Of a DNA stretch of 64,000 nt, positions 52,111 to 64,000 are shown one piece after another (position 1 is the first letter of the stretch; the number at the start of each line of letters is the position of its first letter). A model generated the notes under the pieces. The model was not told the DNA's origin and made no database searches. It saw only the letters and a list, made by a program, of their open reading frames with translations. Made by a program: the position numbers and the translations under genes. The stretch lies in assembly GCA_964016885.1 (NCBI GenBank), contig OZ024742.1, positions 303,986,001-304,050,000 of the forward strand, read 5' to 3'. The DNA is from Eledone cirrhosa (taxonomy: Eukaryota).

Positions 52111-55100
52111 ACTTATCTATCTCTCCCTCTCCCTTTCTTTCTCTCTTCCTTTTCTACTCTGTCTCCCCCAATTACTCCCTTTAAGAAATATAAAGAAACC
52201 ATGATTCAACCATTCGTTCTGACGATTTAGTGGTACGAGCAGCGTGTTAAAATTGAGTATCTGCAAATTAATAACTACTAATTTGCATATAGCATGACTA
52301 GACTGTGTAACTACTAAAGAAACAATTATAAACACTTGGAAAAAATTACCTTTTTATGATGTCTACCTGTGTTATTAATCATTTTATATATATATATATA
52401 ATAGACAATATTAGGCCAAAATATAGATTGTTTTTCTTACCGAATTTTTTCAGTAAACATTCACGCAAAATGTTAAACGTAATTAATAAAAGTGTAGATA
52501 TCAATTTGCATCACGAGACACAGCGACACAGTAAGTTTGTTATCATTCTCACATACTGGAACGCTAAACATTTCATTTCCATTTCATTAGTATCACATTA
52601 TTGATTAGATAGATTATACTACTGTAAGACAAGACATTGATTCTATGGCAATGATACAAGGGGGAAATAAATAATCATATTTCTGTTTATAACATGTCTA
52701 AGTTTTATGTTGTTATTGTTATTTAGTCCCTGACCAATGCTGAACTGAGCATGCATTTGATTTTCGAAGGCCTTTTTTTACCATTATCATCTCGTCCAAT
52801 TATATAATGTGTTCTTCACATTTTAGCCTGTAAGCTGTACTTTGAAGGAACCTTCACTGCTATATCTAGCACGTTTAGCGATTAGAAAATAGCTCCCTCG
52901 TTGGCTTTTACTCCGTGATTTTGCTGGTATCAGACCATCTCTCATTTCACCAGCTTAACGAGTTGAACTCACCAATGAATACGTGATAGTTTTAAAATTG
53001 AAATCAATTTAATTTTAAGTGAGTGGATTATTTGCAGTGGAGTATCATGTGAAAGAAGTTTATAATGATAAATTGAGCCATTATGTAGAATTTTCCAGCG
53101 GTGAGCTGAATTTTATATCGACATATAGTGATCGGGACGAGCAGAATATGCCATCAAGTTTATCCTGGAAATTTTCACATCGTTGTCGTGACTCTTAAAA
53201 ACGAGGTGGACTAGGTTGTTTAGAAAGTGAATTTTCTTGGACATACAAAGTAGAAGTGTACTAGTGATGAAATATGGGTTTTTCAGTTGACTGACTGACG
53301 CACAATCGATTAGTATGCGTTGGAAACCGTGAAAGCGACCGAAAAAATGAAAATAGAAGAAAGAAATTAAAATAATATTTAATCAATAATAAATGAAAGA
53401 TAGCAATGAGATGAAATGAATGAAAAAATGGAAAATGAATAAGAGAAATTCGGGAGTTTTCAGAAAGTAGTAAAACAAAAGAAATGCAAAAGAAAAACAA
53501 AAAAACAAAAAAATAATAATGAATAAAAAAAAAAAATAAATAAAAAAGTAAATAAATACAGTGATAGGAAAGAACGAAAATCAGAAATATTGAATAATAG
53601 AAATTGAAAAGTGCAAGAAGGGGAACTGAGAGGAACAGGGGAGTGAAAGATAAAGTTAAAGAAAGGAAGAAAGATTAGAATAAATATAAAACAGATCAAA
53701 ATAAAACAAAATAAATGAAGAGATAAAACATATCAAATTAAACATAAAACAAATAAAAAAGGAAATATAGTTTGGAAGAATAGAAGTGAATAGTAAATGG
53801 AGAAAGAAAGTAAAATAAAGAAAAATCTGTCAGAATGAGCGAGTTAAATAAAAGACAAATAGCTGGGTGAGTGGATGGAAAGAGAATAGAATGAATGAGG
53901 TTAGAAGTGATTCAATGAAACAAAGCAAAGAATGACAGAATGTCAGAGAAAGTGAAAGAAGTTAAATCTAGAAAGAAAGGGATGGAGTATATCAATGTCT
54001 CGTCTTTTCTGTGAGTTATCATATATAAGCATTTTAATGACTTTTTTGCTTTGTATTTTATTTGTGGGGGAAGAGTATATTTTCCTCATCTTGGACTCAT
54101 CCCAGAAAAAAAAAATAGTGTAAGACTTTCTATTGTGTTGACAACAATAGAATGAATTTCTAGTAGGATCCAGCCAAATATCTCATACAAAGATCTTTTT
54201 TGACAAGGTGTAAGTGGATTTTGATAAGTTTGTGATTTCATTCATGGATTCAACACAAACTATGTTACTGATATTAATTTAATGACACTCTGTGGAGTGA
54301 AAAGTAAATGCCTGTTCTCTAAGTTTACGATTTAGAAACGAAATATAATGAATCATTTTTTTGACGATGCTCTCATTACTCAGCCTTTTACACACAAGAA
54401 TTTGTAAAGAGAACTATTATAAGTTCTACTTCAATCCCTGAAATATTCATTCATTCATTATTAGCCTATTCTGTAACAAGTGAAATATTTAGATGGTTTG
54501 TGTTTCATAATCATCTTTCAACTTTGCTATATTATGAGTTTTATACATTTTCCCTAATATATTTTTAATTATTTAAAGAGTTCGAATATAATTCGGTTAA
54601 TCGCTTTCCTACACAGCTGATCAGCACTCTCTCTAGTGTCTGGTCCATAGACGTGCAAGTCCGGCTTTCTAACTGTATCACCATTATCATTATCATTCGG
54701 AGTTTGTTGCTCTTGGCCCACATTCTGTTGGGCATAAGGGACACACATATCTGTCTTTCTCCATTCTTTCCAGTTGTGCCAAACATCTCAGAATCCACAA
54801 GAACAATAAGCCTATCTTTCAGGAGCACGAACGTCTGGGAGTCAGATAATATTAATGCTTTTTTACCCCAAACAGTGGTGCATTTGTAACAGCTGAAGCG
54901 GAACATTAATGGTATATATCTTCCTAGTTGTGGAGGGCCGGTGACGACAATGGGCACTGCCCGTTTTCTGATCAACACACTCACAAGAACACACACAAAC
55001 ACAGACACAGATACACAGACACACACACACACAAACAACACGGATATATATGTATATATTTTTACCACTCTATATCTCCCTGTTTATCTAATTATACAGC

Positions 55101-55578
55101 AATAGTTTCACTTAAAATGCGGTTTAACATGTTTGCATAATTTGTTGGTACATTGTATACGTCACCCGTTTTAAGACCACCATCTACTTCTTAGTTGCCT
55201 TTGGTGGAGTGTATTCTACTGTAACAAATGTGGCCAGATATACGGTCTGAGTAAAATTTGTTCTCTTCCACATTATTATGGGGTCTGTAACAAAGATCAT
55301 TCACAAGCACTTTAACCTCAGGCTTATTCATGAGATATTTTAGCGCCCAATCTTGCATTTTCCCCTCATATTCCGATGCTGAGTCAATGAATTTTCTGCT
55401 CTCCAACAAATTTGCGGTTGTGCTTGTAATTGTTTAAACCAAATCAGATCAAATGGAGCTGAGCAGTAAACATTCACGCAAACATACAAACACACACAAA
55501 CACACGCATACACACACATACACATACATACATAAATACATGCATACATACATGCATACATACATGCATACATACATG

Positions 55579-55649
<71 letters not shown>

Positions 55650-55945
55650 ACACATATATATATATATATATAGTTTTTCGTTTTGCTTTGTTTTATTTCG
55701 TTGTCTTGTCTCTCTTTCTTAATTTTCACAAGTTAATATATATATATATATTGGAAAATGTGTGAAATCCTTGGTACAGTTAGGTATATTTGAAAAAAAG
55801 AAAAGAATAACTTGTAGTTCTAAACAATTTGATTTAATTTTATAATATTATAATATAGAATTAAATCAAATTGTTTACTTCACTACAAGTGAAGTCATAC
55901 TTTTCCTTTTATAATATATAGATATAAATATATATATATATATAA

Positions 55946-56135
55946 ATGTATGACCCCGACAGCAGAGCTCAAGCCGTTTCAACTGTTATTTCTGGACCCA
56001 GAAATAGCCGTCGAAACGGCTTGAGCTCTGCCGTCGGGGTCATACATTTTTCTATTACCCACTCTACTACCCTCAGTATTGAGTACTCTGGTGCGTTGTG
56101 GTCCATTTGGTTCCTTACCACAACTCCTTCGTTAT
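55946..56135 (+). repeat. Hairpin-plus-tail element
   Basis: Same family as 12723-12911; (TA)n flanks. Confidence 0.9.
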
Positions 56136-57613
56136 ATATATATATATATATAGAGAGAGAGATAGATAGATATATGAATGAATTTGTTCATAGGTACCAT
56201 CATGTATTTTCAGATATAGCTCATCTCACACCAACGAATTAATATATCCGCATATATTTAACGACTGTAGTGTTCGATTAGAAGATATTTGGCTGCTTAT
56301 CTAACAGATGAAGAGAACATGACTTAGCAGCCCCTTCGTTGGTTAAGAAATATATAATTTTGTACCATTATAATACAATTACAACGTAATTTCTTTTCCC
56401 ATCTTAAGTAAACAGCACCTATTGGCTCTAATCAGTGGTATACTATGTATTAAAAAGAATAGTTGGTGACAGTAAGATCTGGTGTCAATCAACAATAACG
56501 TATAATTTCCAACAATGCAACATTAGAATTTTAACATTTTTTTGTTTTGTTTAAAAGCACGTTTCTTTAAATAACTTAGATATCTGTATCATTAAATGAT
56601 GCTTCCAAAAGGAGCTGTTCTTCCCAAAGTTTTATCATATGTTTAATAAAACAAACATATTATCAAACGTGTTACAGACATAACCATTAAGTCTTTCGTA
56701 AATATAATACTATCATGTACGATGTGTCCTTCCATTTCTTAGAAGGTGGCTACGTTTTCGTTAGGATGTGTCTGTTTCATAATATTGTTATGATTAATCT
56801 AAAGGCTATCCCTGACTAGTCAGGCCTTTGCTAACCGGCTTTCGATCCGGAACCTTCAACTTTTATTAACCCTTTAGTTACCAATACAGTTGAACCTGGC
56901 TCTTGTTTTTTGAAATATAACTACCCATTTTAAAGAGCTACAATTAAAATTAAAATCTCCCAAATAATTATATATAAGAACCTTACATTAACTCACTATC
57001 TTAGTAAAGAAATAATTAATAATTTTAGTAAATCCCTCGAATTTCTTCATTAATTTATTAAAATAGTGTATATTTCTTTAGAAATGCAGTCATGAAAGGG
57101 TTAAGTGTCATCTCATTCCATATCTTATAGTATGTTCTCTTTTTTCTAATTTAAAATAATGTTGTTATTTGAAGATGATTTGGATGCTATTTGTAGCAAG
57201 ATAAGTGGCCACGTAGAGGCTCCCAAAGAAGTTTCTTCGAGCCTCCAAACTGGTGGAAAACTTACATTTATCAGCATTTTTTTATTATCTGCTTTATAAC
57301 CTTACCTAGGTTTATGAACAAAATTCAGACTCAATTACATTACACATATTCTGATACAGGGGGAGACGCTCATGTCAGACGTCATTCTCCTTTCATTCAC
57401 AACTATATAGGTGAGTGTGTGTATCTGTGTACTTATATATACCACGTGTATTTCGTAGTTCGACTGCAATATTTATGAGCCCTGGTTTTGAGAATTATGC
57501 GTATATTTCTATTGTCAAATATTTTCTGATAAGGGTGGATGTGCATCTATGTGTGTGCATGTGTGTGTTTATATGACTGTAAATATATGTCTCTGTGCGG
57601 ATATTTCTCTGCA

Positions 57614-57681
<68 letters not shown>

Positions 57682-58822
57682 TGTGTGTGAGCCTTCGTTG
57701 CAAAGTCATGTATGAATAGAATATGTACATGGTTATCAGACAAGATAAGCTTCTATAGGTGGCTAACTAGCAGGTTGGCTATTTAGGTGGTTGGTTTACT
57801 GGCTTGCAGGCAAGGAGACAAGCAGGCAGGCAGACAAGCAGGCCAGCAGGCCGGCTTTATAATGGTTGTTCGGATGGATGCTTGGAAACGCAAAAAGATA
57901 GCCAGTAGACACAATGACGAATCCAGTGACGTCTTCGGCAGTCATTTATATGTCCGGCCGTTCAGTCTTTCACCACTATTAACATTAACGGACAAAACTA
58001 TTACTGTCAGGTTTTAGATGGCCAAAGACAGCAAATCATCAGTCCTTTGGCACACAGTCAGCTGTCCATCCCATGCGGTGTAGTTTGGCCTGCGGTTCAC
58101 ACATGAATAGAGTCATGCTACTTCTTTTTAGCTAATTCATTTCTATTTTTATTTTTCCATCAAAGACAGCCGACAGACAGCTGCTAATATCAACTACTGA
58201 GATGACCAACTCGTTGACCGGCTGCCCGACAGTGGGACAGCAAATTATACAAAGGAATGACTGATTGGTTGAATGAATCGATGGTTGTATAGCTAAACAA
58301 CATGGACACCTGACTGTATTTTACCATTTACTGGTTGCTGTTTTTGTTGTAATGGTTGATAAAGTAATAGTAGTTTCGCAGATATAGCAATCTAGATAAT
58401 GTAGTAGCAGTGGAGGTGATGGTGGTAGTTTTTCTAGCCGTTGTTATTGTTAGAAATGAGGAAGATGGTGGTTTTGGTGATTCTTTTGTCGCTGCTTTTG
58501 CTGTCCTTGCTGTTGTTCTTGATATCAAGGAATAATTCTTAAACAATTTCCTTATGGCAATGGATAGAAACATGCAAGGACGCATGATAGCCGCTTGCTA
58601 AAAACTCATATTGTCATAAGACGACATCTACAAGCACTTCTACAACATCAAATACCAGAGCGACGACAGACAATGAGGATGATGATTATGTAGATGATGA
58701 TAATAATAGCATCATCACTACCACCACCACCACCACGACCACCACCACCGGCAACAACAATAATAAAACACTTCTACTACTACTACTAATAATAATAATA
58801 ATAATATTAATAATAATAATAA

Positions 58823-59440
58823 TAATTGTTTCTACTTTAGGCACAAGGCCAGCAATTACCCAGTAGATACTGGTACTTTATTTTATCGACCCCGTAAGGG
58901 TGAAAGGCAAAGTTATCCTCGACGGCATTTGAACTCAGATCATAAAGGGCCGTAACTCTTTGCTGCAAAGCATGGCGTCCGACCCTCTACCGATTCTGCC
59001 AATCCAATAATAATAATAATAATGATTTCTTTATTATTATTTTTTTGGGGGGCGGGGCGGCGGTTGATTGGCCAGTATCAGTAGAGGGTCGGACGCCATG
59101 CTTTGACGCATAGAATTACGGCCCTTGCCATTCTGAGTTCAAATCCCGCCGAGGTTAACTTTGCCTTTCATCCTTACGGGGTCGATAAAATAAAGTACCA
59201 GTAATGCAGTGGCTAATTGCTGGCCTTGTGCCAAAAGTAGAAACAATTATAGGGCGGTGGATTGGCAGTATCAGTAGAGGGTCGGACGCCATGCTTTCCA
59301 GCATAGTTACGTCCCTTTACGATCTGAGTTCAATTCCCGCCGAGGTTAACTTTGCCTTTCATCCTTATGGGGTCGATAAAATAAAGTACCAGTAATGCAC
59401 TGGTGAATTGCTGGCCTTGTGCCTAAAGTAAGAAACAATT
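58823..59440. mobile_element. SINE cluster: one minus copy (58823-59006) head-to-head with two tandem plus copies (about 59058-59250 and 59252-59440)
   Basis: Family motifs and (ATT)n tails. Confidence 0.92.
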
Positions 59441-60580
59441 ATTATTATTATTATTATTTTTTAAAAAATATAATAATAATAATAATAAAAGAGATTCCAA
59501 GGATGGTTAAAGAAGATTAGTCCAGCCCCGCTTTTTGGAACACTTCAAAAGGCATGCTTGCTGGAAACAGCAAGAACACTCCGTTACGTCCTGAATATCC
59601 GAGGCTGCAGTAATGGCTTGATATTCATTTCAACAAACTTTCCAGTTAAATAACATCAATGACTGAGCCTCAAAGAACAATAATAATAATAATCATAATG
59701 ATAACAACAACAACAAGAACAACAACAACAACAACAAATATCAGTAATAATACTAAAATTGTGCGAGTGCTGTGTAAATGAAAGAAGAGTACAACATAAA
59801 GAATGAGGTTTAAACTAACATATAGGGAAAGATGAAACAAAGTTGTGAGATAATAGAAAAGAGGAATGACAGTGGGACAATGGAAAGAAAAATAAAGGGA
59901 AGGAGAAGCTAGGAGTTCAGAATTAAAAGAGAAGGGCTTAGAATATTGAGTGATGAAGGACTAGTTGGGAGAGCCGTTTGAATTATGGGAAATAATAGAC
60001 CTAACGACAGAATAAATTAATAAAGGAATAAATAAATTCAGAAAGAAACCATGAAAGGAGGAAATAAAGAAAATAATATTGAAAAGAGAGGATACATGAG
60101 ATGATAAACGTGACTGAGAAATAAGAGATAATTTGGTATGAAATTGTTATGTAGAATGTGAGAGCGAGGAGGGAAGATATATGGACATATAAAAAGGAAG
60201 AGTACGACAGCTTTGAGATGGATAAACAATAGAACAAATAATTTCAGTAACAACCATGTTACAAACAAAACAAGGAAGAATACATGGGAACATTAGATCT
60301 GCTAGAAATAACAGCCAAATCTCTTTCACCTCACGATGTTAGAAAAGGAATCATTAAAGTCCTTATAATGTTCCCTCTAACAAAATTGTAAAGCAGTGCT
60401 TTTAAAACAACTATGTACATTGAAACAAGAACACATTAGATATTGTAGCCATGGTTGTGGAAAAAAAGAAGAGATGGCCATTAACTGGAAAGTCTTCTGT
60501 TTTAAATCTGTTCCATTTAGAGCAAACAAGGGATAAACAAAAACACTACTGTTGCTGTTACTACTACTACTACTACTACA

Positions 60581-60630
<50 letters not shown>

Positions 60631-60699
60631 CACGTCAGAGATAAATGATTTCATTTATTGGCCACAAGAGCCGACATGTAGCGGAAGAGTTAATACGAA

Positions 60700-62048
60700 T
60701 GAAATATACAGTAGACAATTCCCATTATGCCAAACCCATGACTTCCAAATACCTGATCCACCGAAATCAGCTGTTTCGGATCACACTAAATCAACATACT
60801 GATTGCGGATTTAGTACGGGTGATGAGTAACGTGTCCCGCATGTGCAACTCCAAAGAACTAGAGAGACACATACAACACTTCATCCACTGTATGCAGTTT
60901 TCTGGTTACAATCAGAGAGATAAAATCAGAGTATATAGAGGAACCAGAACCAAATGGAAAAAAATGGTAAATAATAATACAAATGGGACCTGCCCCTTGT
61001 ATATGAGCATATTTTGGAATAGAATAGAAAGAACTAGGAATAAGGTTAATAGAATGAACTCGTGGTATGATAGCAATAAATACCAGAGTGTAATGTTCAT
61101 CAATACAACCCCTAGAGGTGAACTAGCTTACAAATTTAGAAGGGCCCTAGATAAATTTAAACTAAATATTAAGATAGTGAAAAGACCAGGTACCTCCATA
61201 AAAACACTTATTAGTAATACATACCCTTTTCAAAGACCTCCCTGTACAGATAAGAAATGCATAATCTGTAAACTAAGCCCCCATATTAACTGCAAAACTA
61301 GAAACATAGTATATAGCATAAGATGTACTGAGGGAAAATGTAAAGATGAGAATATAGTGAGACAGCTCATAGTATAGGAGAACGATTAAATGAACACTGG
61401 CAAGAGCTTCAAGATAGAAAAGAATCATCAATACTCCACCAACATGCTAAAATAGAACAAAAGGGCAAATTAGAGAACATAGAAATAAAAATAAAATCTA
61501 CACACAGAAAAGATGCAATGTTTAGACAAATCACAGAGGCGATAAACATAAATAAACTCCAACCAAATTAAATAGAAAACATGAATGGAATAGCAACATT
61601 ACAACTTACAATTAAGGAAAAAATGAAAACACACACATAGAACAAACAACCAACTAGTAACATGTAAATAAACAAGTATATAAACAAATAAAAACACACA
61701 CATGTAACACATGCGCAAACTAAGCACACAACACACGCAAAAACAAGATGGCGTAGGACAGAACAAAGGAGAGGCACAGAACAAAGAAAAGAATCCCCAG
61801 TCACTGAAGAGGTCACAGAATGTGTGACGAAAGAACTTTGACAATATATGAACAACAGTCGGGTTGTGGAACCAACCGGAAATTTACAAATTTCTTAAAT
61901 TTATAAATTTAATTTATAATAAATTGGAGTGAAAGCAACTGGTGAGTGTATTTCTTATTGGCAACATGACCCTCCCAAAGTATAACAATATCGGTTTCAA
62001 CACACGTTTTCAGATAAAGAATCTTGCTAAACAAATTCAGAAACGAAA

Positions 62049-62050
<2 letters not shown>
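60700..62050 (+). mobile_element. 3' part of a third type of Penelope-like element: RT thumb, Cys linker, GIY-YIG remnant and pseudo-LTR
   Basis: YAKPM; MQFSGY; VMFINTTPRGELA; IKIVKRPG; PCTDKKCIIC; CKTRNIVYSIRC..GKC; RQITEAINI; NRKHEW. HHR at 61800-61842. Confidence 0.8.
61800..61842 (+). ncRNA. Minimal type I hammerhead motif
   Basis: GTCA-CTGAAGA-G-GTCACA/GAATG/TGTGAC-GAAA-GAAC-TT-TGAC; CUU triplet. Confidence 0.7.
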
Positions 62051-62135
<85 letters not shown>

Positions 62136-62703
62136 CTGTGTGTGTGTACCTGTAGAGACAATATTTATTCGAATGCTTTTGAAGTTTGGGCGGACTTCCT
62201 GTATATGTATGGGTGGGGGGCATGTGTGTATGACTGTGGTATATATGGTGTTATCCAGAATTGTGAGTAAAAGGGGATACGACTTATAACCCTATTTATG
62301 TTATTCATAGAATAACCGTGACAGGTATATGTCAAAATAGGGATCGATTGATAATATGCGTACGGTTAGCTAGCTAAATCAATTGCTAACTATATATGTG
62401 CTGATAATGGTATAAAAATCCGCATATATATATATTTACATATAAATAACGGGAAGAAACATAATAGTACCATTGATGATGTCACAGATGTGTGATGGAA
62501 GAACTTTGATGGACTATATATATATATATTTATATCTGTATTTTGAACCATTGGTCAATCAATGACAAACATTGATTGGCAGATAAAATAACCATGGAGA
62601 TATAAAAGATACGGAAGCGATAATCAACCCAAACCCAACAGTGTGTGTGTTTTATTATTATTTCTGGCAATATTATAACAATATGACCCTCCCCAATTAT
62701 AAC

Positions 62704-64000
<1,297 letters not shown>

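Noticed and set aside
54565-55409. ORFs of 72-167 aa in unique-looking sequence
   Set aside because: No motif recognised and no consistent splice structure.

Overview
This is eukaryotic, AT-rich DNA made up almost entirely of transposons and microsatellites. No host protein-coding gene could be supported, and most entries in the ORF track are (TA)n/(CA)n/(GA)n artefacts. The tRNA-headed SINE (about 16 copies) and the microsatellite load point to an octopod cephalopod; this is an inference. Recognisable elements: five Penelope-like element (PLE) remnants encoding RT and/or a C-terminal GIY-YIG endonuclease, RTE-clade LINEs, two Tc1/mariner (DD37D maT-type) remnants and Helitron-like fragments. 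The main signal is RNA-level. I count about 22 type I hammerhead ribozyme (HHR) motifs from about 11 sequence families, some degenerate. They lie in PLE pseudo-LTRs and in short non-coding fold-back elements inserted in (TA)n tracts. Most have family-specific palindromic stems III, several share a C.C mismatch at position 4 of stem II, and two non-canonical cores occur (UUGAAAA with a U3-A8 compensatory pair, and CCGAAGA). All structures were folded by eye and none has been tested for activity.
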